Shown: positions 36,167 through 46,407, numbered from the stretch's first letter. The stretch: 64,000 nt of DNA from Longimicrobiaceae bacterium (GCA_045803205.1 JBJMPM010000225.1:1148-65147), one strand, 5' to 3'. Notes: a model not told the origin generated them from the sequence alone. Made by a program: numbers and translations.

Positions 36167-38005
36167 TCAGCCGGTGGTGCCGATCACGATCTCCACGCGG
36201 CGGTTGGCCGCCTTCCCCTCGGGCGTCCGGTTGGACTGGATCGGCTGGGTGGAGCCGTGCGCGAAGATGCGCAGGCGTCCCGGCGGGAAGGTGCTGGCCG
36301 AGCGCTGCTCCAGCCACTGCTTCACCGCCAGCGCCCGGTCTTCCGAGAGCTGCTGGTTGGCGGCCGGGTCGCCCACGTTGTCGGTGTGGCCGTGGATCTC
36401 CACCGGGAGCGAGTTGATGGAGAGCACGTTGAAGAGCTCCTCCAGCGCCTGCTCGCCCTGCGGGGTGAAGGTCGCCTGGCCGGAGGCGAAGGTGATGGAG
36501 TAGTTCTTCCGCCCCAGCACGCGCCCCGTGGTTCCGGCAACGGTGGTGGACTGCGTCGAGTCGCGCCCCACCACCGTGGCCGCGCCGCCCGAGCGCTGCG
36601 CCACCGCCTGCAGGTAGCTCGTGTCGAGGATCGAGTCGAGCGGCGGGATGTGCGGCACCAGCTGCGGGTACTGCTGCTTCACGATGTCGCCGAACACGGT
36701 GTAGGTGGCGCGGAAGCGGCTGGTCTCGGGGGTGGTCCCCGGCGCCAGGCCGAAGAGCACCAGGTTGTCGGCCAGGTTGTTCGCCTTGCTCCCGCCCAGC
36801 TCCACCGGCGTCCCCGTCTTGTCGGGCTCGGTCACGCCGCGGTAGTACTTCTCCCAGTAGGCCGCGTCGGCGCCGTTCTCGCGGTAGATCTGCTGGCTGA
36901 TCTCGGCCGCGCGCCTGAGCGCCTGCGGGTGGTGCAGCACCTGGTCGCCGCCCTGGGTGAAGGCGGTGAGCATCTTCTCCACCGTGGCGCGGTTCTGCTG
37001 GTTCCACTGGTGGATGCCGATGATCACGTGCGGCATCTGCGAGGTGTACTCCTTGGTGGAGACCACGCTCACGATCCCGCCGCGCTCGCGGGCCGCGGTC
37101 ACGTCGGCGGGTGTCCAGGTCACGATGCCGTCGATGCAGACGCGGCGCGTCTCGCCCGTCGCCTTCCCCTTGCTCACCACCCGGCGGTCCTCGCAGTAGT
37201 TGGCCACGTACTTCTCGGCCGCCTCCACGTAGCTCGAGGTGTTCACCCAGTTCACCGCCTCGGGGTCGTAGGTGGTCTCGTCGGGGTTGTTGGGGAGGTT
37301 GTTGTCGCCCATGAAGCGCTGGGCGATGTTCCAGTCGCCGTCGCGCAGCACCCCGGCCACCAGCGCGCCCCGCATGGTCTGCGGGTTGTCGCGCCACTTC
37401 TGCGGCCCCATCAGCTTGTCCTCGCCGCGCGAGTAGCCGCAGCTCCCCACGATCTCGGCGCGGTAGTCCGGCCCGAAGCTCTCGATGAGCTGCTGGTTGA
37501 GCGCGGCCAGGAAGGCCCCCGAGCCGTCGCCCATGATGCCGATGAAGTGCACGCCGCTGGCGGGCTGCGCCTGCCCGTCGTGCAGCCCCTTGGCCAGCGC
37601 GGTGAGCTGCGCCATGAGCTGGGTGTTGTCGTCCTGCCGCTCGATGCGGACCTTGATCCCCTGCTTCTCCATCAGCGACCCCCCGGTGGTCACCGGGCCG
37701 CCGTTGCTGTAGAGGCACCCCATCTGGGCGTTCCACGCCCAGAAGTTGATGCGCACCTCGGGGGCGCCGGGGAGCGACGCCGGGTCGCTCGAGGGGAGCC
37801 CGGCGAACGCCACGTCGCCGCCCTGGGTGAAGGCGTTGTCGGGGGTGTTGGGGAGCCCCTGCACCTTCTGCGGCACCAGGGCGCCCATGATCTTGCGGCC
37901 GTAGCCGTGGGAGGCGGCGTACTTGAGCCCCAGCCCCAGGCCCACGATCACGATCAGCCCGCCCAGAATGCGGACGGTCTTCCGGCCGGTCGAAGTCAGT
38001 TGCAT
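36167..38005 (-). CDS. Membrane-anchored NMT1/TauA-like solute-binding protein fused to an OmpA-like peptidoglycan-binding domain
   Basis: N-terminal TM; GYSRGEDK, VTWTP; C-terminal IHGHTDNVG..LSEDRA..NRRVEI. Confidence 0.88.
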   Translation of the reverse strand: MQLTSTGRKTVRILGGLIVIVGLGLGLKYAASHGYGRKIMGALVPQKVQGLPNTPDNAFTQGGDVAFAGLPSSDPASLPGAPEVRINFWAWNAQMGCLYSNGGPVTTGGSLMEKQGIKVRIERQDDNTQLMAQLTALAKGLHDGQAQPASGVHFIGIMGDGSGAFLAALNQQLIESFGPDYRAEIVGSCGYSRGEDKLMGPQKWRDNPQTMRGALVAGVLRDGDWNIAQRFMGDNNLPNNPDETTYDPEAVNWVNTSSYVEAAEKYVANYCEDRRVVSKGKATGETRRVCIDGIVTWTPADVTAARERGGIVSVVSTKEYTSQMPHVIIGIHQWNQQNRATVEKMLTAFTQGGDQVLHHPQALRRAAEISQQIYRENGADAAYWEKYYRGVTEPDKTGTPVELGGSKANNLADNLVLFGLAPGTTPETSRFRATYTVFGDIVKQQYPQLVPHIPPLDSILDTSYLQAVAQRSGGAATVVGRDSTQSTTVAGTTGRVLGRKNYSITFASGQATFTPQGEQALEELFNVLSINSLPVEIHGHTDNVGDPAANQQLSEDRALAVKQWLEQRSASTFPPGRLRIFAHGSTQPIQSNRTPEGKAANRRVEIVIGTTG

Positions 38006-38051
38006 GGAAGGATGGATGGGTTCGGGTTCGGTGGCGCGGCGCCCTCAGAGC

Positions 38052-39110
38052 TCAGGACGGGCGGCGGAGCTTGCCGCGCCAGCGGCTCTCCGGGGTGGCG
38101 GCGGGCGCGCCGCCGCCGCCGCCCGCGTCGGCCGGGGGCGCCTTCCCCTCGGCGGCGGCCAGCAGCGACGCGGCGCGGGCGCTGGCGGAGACGGCGGGGT
38201 CCGCGGCCTCGGCGGCCGAGACCTTCTTCTCCGCCTCGGCGAGCTGGGTGAGCCCCTCCTGGCGGAAGGCCATCTGGCTGAGGTCGACGGCGTGGTCGAA
38301 GTCGGTCAGGTCGATCAGCGTCTGCAGCTCGCCCAGCCGCTTCTCGTAGTCGTCGCGGATGCGCTCGGCGGCCATGTCGCGCACCTCGGCCAGGTCGGTG
38401 TCGCCGAAGATCCCCTGCGCGGCCGCGGTGGCGCTCGCCACGGCGCCGGTGATGGTGTGCTTGTCGGCGAGCTGGTTGGCCTCGTCGTTCGCCGTCTGGA
38501 TGTGGTAGTCGGCGCGGCGCAGCACCCGCTGCAGGAGCTTCTCGATGTTGGTCATCTGGTCCTTCATCGAGCGGTACTCCTCGATGTCGCGGGCGCGGCG
38601 GGCGGCGATCTCGGCGTGGGCGTTCAGCCCGTCCTCGTCGCCCTGCCCCTGCGCGGCCTTGGCCAGGCGCAGCGCGTCCTGCCGCTCCTTCTCGCTCTTG
38701 GCGATCTTCGCCTCGACCATCCGGCGCACCCCCACGATGCGCCCGAGGCGGTCGCGGATCACCTCGCGGCGCTTCTCCATCTGGCGCACGAAGCTCTTCA
38801 GGATCGCCACCGGGTCCAGCTCCACGAAGTTCCCGGTGACCCACCGGCTGATCATCTGCAGCCCGTAGAAGAGGAGGGTGCGCGGGCGGTCCCAGACGAA
38901 CACGGTGAAGTAGATCAGCGCCAGCATGCCCACCAGCCCCGCCAGGTAGAGCGTGTTCTCGGCGAGCTGGATGAGCGTGGGGAGCGCCTTCATGAACGCG
39001 TACGCCAGGGCGACGCCGATCCCGGCCACGATCCCCCCGCCCACCTTCCCTTCCGGGCGCTGCCAGAAGGTGCGGTGGGGCTTGGGGGTCTGCGATGCGG
39101 AGGTCTCCAT
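38052..39110 (-). CDS. Membrane-anchored PspA/IM30 (ESCRT-III-like) coiled-coil protein
   Basis: Two N-terminal TMs, then DPVAILKSFVRQM...LAKAAQGQGDEDG, resembling PspA helices. Confidence 0.7.
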   Translation of the reverse strand: METSASQTPKPHRTFWQRPEGKVGGGIVAGIGVALAYAFMKALPTLIQLAENTLYLAGLVGMLALIYFTVFVWDRPRTLLFYGLQMISRWVTGNFVELDPVAILKSFVRQMEKRREVIRDRLGRIVGVRRMVEAKIAKSEKERQDALRLAKAAQGQGDEDGLNAHAEIAARRARDIEEYRSMKDQMTNIEKLLQRVLRRADYHIQTANDEANQLADKHTITGAVASATAAAQGIFGDTDLAEVRDMAAERIRDDYEKRLGELQTLIDLTDFDHAVDLSQMAFRQEGLTQLAEAEKKVSAAEAADPAVSASARAASLLAAAEGKAPPADAGGGGGAPAATPESRWRGKLRRPS

Positions 39111-39118
39111 CGGTTCGC

Positions 39119-39799
39119 CTACTTCGCGGGGGTGATGAAGGGCGCGAGCCGGGCCCGCTCGCCGGCGAGCTCGGCCTCGACCACGGCGTAGCTGGCGGCG
39201 AAGCGGGCGGCGTTGGCGTCGATCGCCTCGCGCGCCTCGGCCACGCCCTTCTCCAGCTCGGCGGCCTTGCCCTCGAGCGCCTTGATCTCTTCGATCTTCT
39301 TGGTGATCTCGGCGCGGGTCTTCTCGATCTGCGCCTGCCTGGCGCCCACCGACTGCTCCGTCTCCTCCTTCACCGCCTGCTCGAAGGCGGCCTTCTCGCC
39401 GGCCAGCACCTTGAGCCGGTCGTCGATGGCGCCGGCCACCTGCGCGGCGCCGAAGCCATGGCTGGCCTGCGCGGCCGAGAGGGCGAGCTGGGTGCGGGTG
39501 CCGGGGTCGCCCACCGCCGCGAGCGCTTCGAAGAGGGCGCGGAACTGCGGCAGCGCCTTCGAGGGGCAGGCGTCGACCGCCGCCTTGAGCTGCGCCACGA
39601 ACTCGGGGTCCACCTCGCCGGCGGGGATCCCGGCCGGCGCCGGCGCGGCGCCGGCGGCAGAGGGGGCGGCCGTGGCGGCGGCGGGACGCGGGGGCGCGGG
39701 GGCGGTCTGGTCGCCGCCCTCCTCTTCTTCGTCGAGCACGACGAAGGTGCCCAGCGCGTCCTTGCTGACGTCCTTGAGCTTGTCGATGATTCCGGCCAT
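39119..39799 (-). CDS. Hypothetical coiled-coil protein, first gene of the operon
   Basis: Amphipathic N-terminus MAGIIDKLK, Pro/Ala linker, long C-terminal heptads. Confidence 0.8.
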   Translation of the reverse strand: MAGIIDKLKDVSKDALGTFVVLDEEEEGGDQTAPAPPRPAAATAAPSAAGAAPAPAGIPAGEVDPEFVAQLKAAVDACPSKALPQFRALFEALAAVGDPGTRTQLALSAAQASHGFGAAQVAGAIDDRLKVLAGEKAAFEQAVKEETEQSVGARQAQIEKTRAEITKKIEEIKALEGKAAELEKGVAEAREAIDANAARFAASYAVVEAELAGERARLAPFITPAK

Positions 39800-39923
39800 G
39801 GGAGCTCGTGCGGCCCGCGCGTCCGGCCGGGTTGCGGCCGCCGCGCTTCGGGTGGAGGGATGATGGGAACAGCCTGGAGTCGCCTGCCGCGGGCGGACGC
39901 CGCCGCCCCGGCTGGCCGAGGAG

Positions 39924-39957
39924 GCATAAATGTATGCTGCATCTGCGGCTTCGTCCA
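39924..39957 (-). promoter_or_regulatory. sigma70-like promoter with an overlapping palindrome
   Basis: TGGACG-N17-TACATT on the minus strand; GCATA-N4-TATGC palindrome spans the -10. Confidence 0.5.
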
Positions 39958-40107
39958 CACCTATTCCTCTCCTGTCTCGGTCGACAATACGGTCGCGCCG
40001 TTCCCGCGGTTGCAAGTTCCTGCTGCCGCCGCCGGGGGTGAAGCTGGTATGGAGCATGCCTTCCAGCACTCCGATGATCGCGTCCACCCCGGGTGGAGGG
40101 GTCCCGG

Positions 40108-40809
40108 TTGAAGCTCGCGCGCCTGCTGAAGCCTGCCCGCAACGTCCTCTGGCCGCGTTACCCGCGCACCCGGCCGGCCCGGCTGCGCCGCCTGCCGCTG
40201 GTGGAGGAGCGCGCGCCGCGGCCGGGGCGCACCCTCGCCTTCGTGTTCACGGGGGATGGGAACTGGGCGATCCTGGTGCGCGCCCTGGCCCGCGAGCTGG
40301 CGCGGCACGGCATCGGGTGCGTGGGATTGAAGGCGCGCACCTACCTGCTGCGCCGCCGCCCGCCGTCGGTGGTGGCGCGCCACGTGGAGGCGGTGCTGCG
40401 CCACTACCTGAAGGCGTGGGACCAGGACCGGCTCGTGCTCGTGGGCCTCTCCCGCGGCGCCGACCTCCTCCCCTTCGTCGTCCGCCGCCTCCCGGACGAC
40501 CTGCGTAGCCGCGTCGACCTCCTCGCCCTCTTCTCCCCCGCGCGGACGACGAGCTTCCGCTTCCGCTGGTCGGACCTCCTGGGCCACCACGAGCGTCCCG
40601 GCGACGTCCCCCTCCTCCCGGAGCTGCAGGCGCTGGAGGGGATGCCGATCCTCTGCGTGAACGGCACCGCGGACGAGTCGGCCCTCGCCCCCTCCCTTCC
40701 CCCCGGTCTGGCCGAGTGCGTGATGATCGACGCCGGCCACAACCTGAACCGCGACTACCGCCTGGCCACGCGGCTCGTCCTCGACCGCTCCGTGAACCAG
40801 GCCGGGTGA
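40108..40809 (+). CDS. AcvB/VirJ-family alpha/beta hydrolase
   Basis: TGDGNW, LVGLSRGADLLPF, PILCVNGTADE; start TTG 40108 or GTG 40093. Confidence 0.85.
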   Translation: MKLARLLKPARNVLWPRYPRTRPARLRRLPLVEERAPRPGRTLAFVFTGDGNWAILVRALARELARHGIGCVGLKARTYLLRRRPPSVVARHVEAVLRHYLKAWDQDRLVLVGLSRGADLLPFVVRRLPDDLRSRVDLLALFSPARTTSFRFRWSDLLGHHERPGDVPLLPELQALEGMPILCVNGTADESALAPSLPPGLAECVMIDAGHNLNRDYRLATRLVLDRSVNQAG

Positions 40810-40870
40810 AAGCACCTCGTACCATCTCTGCCAAATGACTGTGCATTCGTAGAGACCAGCACAGATGGGT

Positions 40871-41050
40871 CTCACACGGAGTCAACGGAGTCAACGGAGT
40901 AAGCCAGGCAGTTCCTCCGTTGACTCCGTTGACTCCGTGTGAGTCCATTCCGTTGGCAGAATGCATAACAGAAATGGTATTACGCGGAGACGCGGAGGCG
41001 CGGAGAGAGAACCGCCGCGGCCTCTCCGCGTCTCCGCGTCTCTGCGTGAG
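40871..41050. repeat. Adjacent family B (40871-40942) and family A (40980-41050) repeats
   Basis: Both palindromes are visible in tandem. Confidence 0.85.
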
Positions 41051-41100
41051 GGCTTTTGCAAGGCTGGACATACGCGTTTGCGCGCGCTACGCTCTCGCGC

Positions 41101-42774
41101 ATGGACACCTACCCCGCCCGCACCGCACCGCTCGGCCGCCTCGCGCGCGCCGACGAGCACGGCCGCCCCGTCGCCGCCTCGCCCGCGCAGCGGCTGGCGC
41201 TGCGGGTGCTCCAGGCCGCGTGCGTGGTGGCGGCGCTGGCGGCGGCGACGTACAAGGTCTTCGAGTTGGACCGCTTCTTCGTTCCCAAGGAGCTGGTGCT
41301 GCACCTGGCGGCGCTGCTGGCGGCGGTGCTCTGCCTGGGCGCCGCGCGGCGCGCGCAGGTCAGCCGCGTGGACCTGCTGCTGGGCGGCTTCCTCCTCCTC
41401 TCCGCGGCTTCCGCCTTCCTGGCGCAGAACCGATGGGCCGGCGTGCGCGCCCTCGCGGTGAGCGCGTCGGGGATCGCGGTGTTCTGGTGCGCGCGCTCGG
41501 TGGGCCGCGCGGGGCTGGCGCGGCCGCTGCTGGCGGCGATCGCCGCCGCGGTGGTGATCGGCGCCGCGACCTCGCTGGCGCAGACGTACGGGGTGCGCAC
41601 CGACCTCTTCTCGCTCAACCGCGCGCCCGGCGGCACGCTGGGGAACCGCAACTTCGTGGCGCACCTCTGCGCCTTCGGCCTTCCCGTGCTCTTCCTCTGC
41701 GCCCTGCGCGCGTACCGCTTCCTGGGGACGCTGCTCGGCGCGCTCGGCGTGGCGGCGGTGGCGGGAACGCTGGTGCTCACCCGCTCGCGCGCGGCGTGGC
41801 TGGGGGTGGCGGCGGTGCTCGCCGTCTTCCTGGTGGGCTGGCTGCTGGTGCCCCCGGCGCGGCGCAGCGTCCGCCACTGGATGCGCCTCCTCCTCCTGCT
41901 CGCCTCGGCCGCGGGGGGCGCGGCGGCGGTGATCGTGCTCCCCAACACGCTGCACTGGACCAGCTCGAACCCCTACGCCGAGACCGCGCAGGGGCTGGTG
42001 AACGCGAAGGAGGGGAGCGGGCGCGGCCGGCTGCTGCAGTGGAAGAACACGGCGAAGATGGCCGCCGCGCACCCGCTGCTGGGCGTGGGGCCGGGGAACT
42101 GGCCCGTGCGCTACCCTCGCTACGCGCGCGCCAGCGACCCGTCGATGAGCGACGGCGAGGCGGGGGTCACGTCGAACCCGTGGCCGAGCAGCGACTGGGT
42201 GGCGTTCTTCTCCGAGCGGGGGATCGCCGCGGGGGCGATGCTGCTGCTCGCCTTCGCCGGGCTCGCGGTCGCGGCGCTGCACCGGATGCGCGCCGCCCGC
42301 GACGCCGACGAGGGGCTGGCGGCGCTCGCGCTGGCGGCGATGGTGGCGGGCGCGCTGGTGGTGGGCGCCTTCGACGCCGTGCTCCTCCTCGGCCTCCCCT
42401 CGCTGCTGATCTGGTCCGCGCTCGGTGTGCTCTCCGCCGACGAGCCGGGGCGGTGGGACAAGGCCGTCCCCGTGCCGCTGCGGGCGCTGGGGATGCTGCT
42501 CGCGGTGGCGGTGTTCGGCGCGTTCACGGTGAAGAGCGCCGCGCAGGTGCTGGCGATGGGCGTCTACGCGTCGGCCAACCGGGTGGCCGAGGTGGAGCGG
42601 GCGGCGCGGCTGGACCCCGGCAGCTACCGCATCCAGCTCAAGCTGGCGCGCAGCTCCGCCCCCTGCGCCGTGCGCCGCGCCGCCGCTCAGCGCGCGCACG
42701 AGCTCCTTCCCGAGGCCGCGGCGGCGAAGCGGCTGCGGGGCACCTGCGGCAGCCGCCGGCGACGGCGGCGGTAG
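41101..42774 (+). CDS. O-antigen ligase (Wzy_C)-family membrane protein
   Basis: GTLGNRNF, TRSRAAWLG, HPLLGVGPGNW; many TMs. Confidence 0.88.
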   Translation: MDTYPARTAPLGRLARADEHGRPVAASPAQRLALRVLQAACVVAALAAATYKVFELDRFFVPKELVLHLAALLAAVLCLGAARRAQVSRVDLLLGGFLLLSAASAFLAQNRWAGVRALAVSASGIAVFWCARSVGRAGLARPLLAAIAAAVVIGAATSLAQTYGVRTDLFSLNRAPGGTLGNRNFVAHLCAFGLPVLFLCALRAYRFLGTLLGALGVAAVAGTLVLTRSRAAWLGVAAVLAVFLVGWLLVPPARRSVRHWMRLLLLLASAAGGAAAVIVLPNTLHWTSSNPYAETAQGLVNAKEGSGRGRLLQWKNTAKMAAAHPLLGVGPGNWPVRYPRYARASDPSMSDGEAGVTSNPWPSSDWVAFFSERGIAAGAMLLLAFAGLAVAALHRMRAARDADEGLAALALAAMVAGALVVGAFDAVLLLGLPSLLIWSALGVLSADEPGRWDKAVPVPLRALGMLLAVAVFGAFTVKSAAQVLAMGVYASANRVAEVERAARLDPGSYRIQLKLARSSAPCAVRRAAAQRAHELLPEAAAAKRLRGTCGSRRRRRR

Positions 42775-42823
42775 GTCCCGAAGTCCGCCGAAGACCGGCT
42801 CCGGGGCGCATCCGCGGCCGCGG

Positions 42824-43021
42824 CGCCCTCTCCCCTGCGCCTTTAGAGCGCAATTCCCTCTCCCGTACCGGGAGAGGGAGTGGACGCAACAGTGGTGCGG
42901 CCTGCGACCGAAGTTGCGGAGGCGATCGTAGCGAGACCGGTTCGGTCGGCGCAGGCGGCGGGGCATTCAACCTCTCCCGGAACGGGAGAGGTGGCGAGCC
43001 TAAGCGAGCCGGAGAGGGCGC
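42824..43021. repeat. Family D repeat pair (CCCTCTCCC-N5/9-GGGAGAGG)
   Basis: TCCCTCTCCCGTACCGGGAGAGGGA and ACCTCTCCCGGAACGGGAGAGGT. Confidence 0.7.
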
Positions 43022-43111
43022 TGACCCGCGGCGCGCAGAACACACGGAGGCGCAGAGGGACCACGAGTCCCTCTGCGTCTCCGCGTCTCCGCGTGAGCTC
43101 CGGCCGGTCGC

Positions 43112-43291
43112 TCAGTGGTCGCCGCGGTCGCCCTGGCCGCGCTTGGCCTTGGTGGCGGAGTGCTGCCGGCGGTCGGCGGCCAGCGAGCGGCCCACGTCCA
43201 CCTGGTCGCTGGTGAAGCGGCCCTGCGCGTCGCGCCGGACGAAGCGCTTGTCCCCCTTGTGCGGCTCGATCAGCTCGCGTTCCCTCGCCAT
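43112..43291 (-). CDS. Small hydrophilic protein (59 aa, MARERELIEPHKGDKRFVRRDAQGRFTSDQVDVGRSLAADRRQHSATKAKRGQGDRGDH), not in the ORF track
   Basis: GGAGGGTGAG RBS; near-perfect GC3 bias; upstream sigma54-like site. Confidence 0.85.
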   Translation of the reverse strand: MARERELIEPHKGDKRFVRRDAQGRFTSDQVDVGRSLAADRRQHSATKAKRGQGDRGDH

Positions 43292-43333
43292 CTCACCCTC
43301 CGTGTTAAGTTCGGGTTGATCAACGGCTTGCGT

Positions 43334-43349
43334 AGCATGAGCCGTGCCG
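43334..43349 (-). promoter_or_regulatory. sigma54-type promoter (CGGCACGGCTCATGCT)
   Basis: GG-N10-GC with GGCACG, ~43 nt upstream of the ATG. Confidence 0.55.
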
Positions 43350-43444
43350 GAGCGCTGCCATTACGTTCACCTTGATGGCTGCCCTCCGCGCCGCGCCCGT
43401 GGAATAGTCCGCGAAGGCGGACTTCGTGCCGTTCCAGCGGCGGG

Positions 43445-43508
43445 TTTCCAACCCGTCGCCTTTCCAACCCGTCGCCTTTCCAACCCGTCGCCTTTCCAAC
43501 CCGTCGCC
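43445..43508. repeat. Perfect tandem repeat, 4 x 16 bp TTTCCAACCCGTCGCC
   Basis: Units start at 43445, 43461, 43477, 43493; follows a family C motif at 43407-43430. Confidence 0.95.
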
Positions 43509-43593
43509 CGAGGCAGCCTGCGCGTCGCTCCGGCAGAGGTTGTGCGGTGTGCCGCGGGGACGCGCCGAATCCCATCCCCCGGACCCGTTCCCG

Positions 43594-45663
43594 ATGCCCA
43601 ACCGACTCGCCGGCGAGACCAGCCCCTACCTGCTGCAGCACGCCCACAACCCGGTGGACTGGTACCCCTGGGGCCCCGAGGCGCTGGAGCGTGCGCGCGC
43701 CGAAGACCGGCCGATCCTCCTCTCCGTGGGCTACTCCGCTTGCCACTGGTGCCACGTGATGGAGCGCGAGTCGTTCGAGGACGAGGGCACCGCGGCGCTG
43801 ATGAACCAGCACTTCGTCTGCGTGAAGGTGGACCGTGAGGAGCGCCCCGACGTCGATTCCATCTACATGACCGCCGTGCAGCAGATGACCGGGCACGGCG
43901 GGTGGCCGATGACGGTCTTCGTCACCCCGGAGGGCGCGCCCTTCTACGGCGGCACCTACTACCCGCCCCAGCCGCGCTACGGGATGCCCTCGTTCCGCCA
44001 GGTGCTCCTGGCCGTGGCCGAGGCCTGGCGCGAGCGCCGCGCCGACGTGGACCACAGCGCCGGCGAGCTGCGCGAGCTGCTGCGCCAGAACGCCGCCGTG
44101 CTTCCCGCCGCCTCGGCGCTCGACCCGGCGGTGCTCGACCGCGCGTACGCCGAGCTGGCCCGGCGCTTCGACCCGCGCTGGGGAGGATTCGGCGCGGCGC
44201 CCAAGTTCCCGCAGCCGATGGTGCTGGAGCTCCTGCTGCGCCACTGGAAGCGCGCCGGGACCGCCGGGGCGCTGGAGATGGCCGTGCTCACGCTGCGGCG
44301 GATGGCCGAGGGAGGGATGTACGACCACGTGGGTGGCGGCTTCGCGCGCTACAGCACCGACGCGCAGTGGCTGGTGCCGCACTTCGAGAAGATGCTGTAC
44401 GACAACGCCCTTCTCGCCCGCGCGTACCTCCACGCCTGGCAGGCGACGGGCGACGTGGAGCACCGGCGCGTGGTGGAGGAGACGCTGGGGTGGGTGACGC
44501 GCGAGATGACCTCGCCCGAGGGCGGCTTCTACAGCGCGCTCGACGCCGACAGCGAGGGCGAGGAGGGGAAGTTCTACCTGTGGACGGTGGACGAGGTCGA
44601 CGCCCTCCTCGGCGCGGAGGACGGCCGGCTCTTCCGCCGCTACTACGACGTGAGCGAGGGCGGCAACTTCGAGGGGAAGAACATCCTGCACACCGCCCGC
44701 CCGCTGGAGGCCGTCGCCGCGGCCGAGGGGGTGGGGCCGGAGCGGCTGCGCGCGGCGGTGGAGCGCGGGCGCGAGGTGCTGTACGAGGTAAGGGCGCAGC
44801 GCGTCTGGCCGGGGCTGGACGACAAGGTGCTCACCTCGTGGAACGCGATGATGCTGCACGCCTTCGCCGAGGCGGCGCGCGTGCTGGAGCGCGACGACTG
44901 GCGCGAGGCCGCGGCGCGCTGCGCCGATCTCCTGCTCGGCGCGCTCCGCCCCGGCGGCCGGCTGATGCGCACGTACAAGGAGGGCCGGGCGAAGATCCCC
45001 GCCTTCCTGGAAGACTACGCCCTGCTCGCCGACGCGCTGGTCGCGCTCTACGAGGCCGACTGGGACGTGCGCTGGGTGCGCGAGGCGCGCTCCCTGGCCG
45101 ACGAGATGCTGGCGCGCTTCTGGGACGAGGATGCCGGCGTGTTCTACGACACCGCGAACGACGCCGAGGAGCTGGTGGTGCGCCCGCGCGACGTCTTCGA
45201 CAATGCGACCCCCTCCGGCAGCTCCGCGGCGGTGATGGCGCTGCTGCGCCTGGCCGAGCTGACCGGCGAGTCCCGCTACCGCGCGGTAGCCGAGCGCGCC
45301 CTCGCCGGGTCGATGGAGCTGATGGCGCGCATCCCCGCCGGCTTCGGCCACCTGCTGAACGCGCTCGACTTCGCGCTTTCGACCCTGATGGAGGTCGCCA
45401 TCGTCGGCGACCCCGCGATGGATGAGACGAAGGCGCTCGTCCGCACCGTGTCGCGGGCGTACCTCCCCAACACGGTCCTCGCCTTCCGCGCCCCCGACAC
45501 GCCGGACGACGCGGCGCGGCTCATCCCCCTCCTCGAAGGCCGCACCGCGCAGGGCGGCCGGGCGACGGCGTACGTCTGTGAGCGCCTCGCCTGCCAGCAG
45601 CCCGTCACCGACCCCGACTCTCTCGCGAAGCAGCTCGGTATCGAGGGGGAGCAGGGTGGTTGA
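43594..45663 (+). CDS. YyaL/SSP411 thioredoxin-domain, (alpha/alpha)6-barrel protein
   Basis: [41 protein letters not shown]. Confidence 0.96.
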   Translation: MPNRLAGETSPYLLQHAHNPVDWYPWGPEALERARAEDRPILLSVGYSACHWCHVMERESFEDEGTAALMNQHFVCVKVDREERPDVDSIYMTAVQQMTGHGGWPMTVFVTPEGAPFYGGTYYPPQPRYGMPSFRQVLLAVAEAWRERRADVDHSAGELRELLRQNAAVLPAASALDPAVLDRAYAELARRFDPRWGGFGAAPKFPQPMVLELLLRHWKRAGTAGALEMAVLTLRRMAEGGMYDHVGGGFARYSTDAQWLVPHFEKMLYDNALLARAYLHAWQATGDVEHRRVVEETLGWVTREMTSPEGGFYSALDADSEGEEGKFYLWTVDEVDALLGAEDGRLFRRYYDVSEGGNFEGKNILHTARPLEAVAAAEGVGPERLRAAVERGREVLYEVRAQRVWPGLDDKVLTSWNAMMLHAFAEAARVLERDDWREAAARCADLLLGALRPGGRLMRTYKEGRAKIPAFLEDYALLADALVALYEADWDVRWVREARSLADEMLARFWDEDAGVFYDTANDAEELVVRPRDVFDNATPSGSSAAVMALLRLAELTGESRYRAVAERALAGSMELMARIPAGFGHLLNALDFALSTLMEVAIVGDPAMDETKALVRTVSRAYLPNTVLAFRAPDTPDDAARLIPLLEGRTAQGGRATAYVCERLACQQPVTDPDSLAKQLGIEGEQGG

Positions 45664-45682
45664 AACCGCTGCAACAAAAACA

Positions 45683-45870
45683 CGGAAGTCTGCCTTCGCG
45701 GACTACCAGCCGCGGTGCCGCCTTGATCCTGGGGCACGCGACGGTTTCATCTCGGCCGAGGTCAGTGGGCCTCTGCTGCCACCGACCCAGTCGCGTGCCC
45801 CGCGGCCGCGGCGACACGACAGGCGGGAGTCCGCGCAGGCGGACTTCGTGTAGTTGTTGCTGCGGATTTA
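45683..45870. repeat. Inverted pair of family C repeats (AGTCCGCGAAGGCGGACTTCGTG..GTTGTTGC)
   Basis: CACGGAAGTCTGCCTTCGCGGACT and AGTCCGCGCAGGCGGACTTCGTG; also at 43407 and 56618. Confidence 0.75.
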
Positions 45871-45961
45871 TCCGCCCGGCACCCAGCCGGCGCCGGTGCG
45901 AAGGGTCGGCTTCCGCACTCCAGCTTGCCCGATTCCGCGCAGGTCGTCAGGTTCACGCGCC

Positions 45962-46375
45962 ATGCTTACGATCCCCTTCCGGCTCAGCCGCGCCGAGTAC
46001 CAGCGCAGACCCTACGCCTACCTCGTCATCGAGGTGAACGGGCTGATTGGGATGGACGAAGACGGGCTGGTGCTGCAGTACCGGGAGAAGACGACCCAGC
46101 CGCAGAAGTGGGCGCTCCCTCCGACTGAAACCGACGTGCAGGTGGTGCATATTCCGCTCGCCGCGCTCCGCCGGGTCGTGGTGCGAGGGCGGTGGTTCCG
46201 CGTGAAGCTGGTGCTCGCCGCGGCCGACCTGCGTGCCTTCGAGCCCTTCCGTTCCTGGCTCACCCCGGCCGGCGAGCTCGCGCTGCCCATCCCCCGTGCC
46301 GAGCGTACCGACGCCGCCGATCTCGCGTCCAGCACCGAGCTGGCGCTCAGCACGCGGCTGCTCAGCGGCGGCTGA
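45962..46375 (+). CDS. Hypothetical protein (PH-like fold plausible)
   Basis: 137-aa ORF with beta-rich pattern and C-terminal helix. Confidence 0.65.
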   Translation: MLTIPFRLSRAEYQRRPYAYLVIEVNGLIGMDEDGLVLQYREKTTQPQKWALPPTETDVQVVHIPLAALRRVVVRGRWFRVKLVLAAADLRAFEPFRSWLTPAGELALPIPRAERTDAADLASSTELALSTRLLSGG

Positions 46376-46407
46376 TCCACCCCAGCGCCACGTCCAACAT
46401 CATCCGG

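Noticed and set aside
43445-43508. GTTTCCAA..-like CRISPR repeat
   Set aside because: Units are contiguous with no spacers; it is a VNTR.
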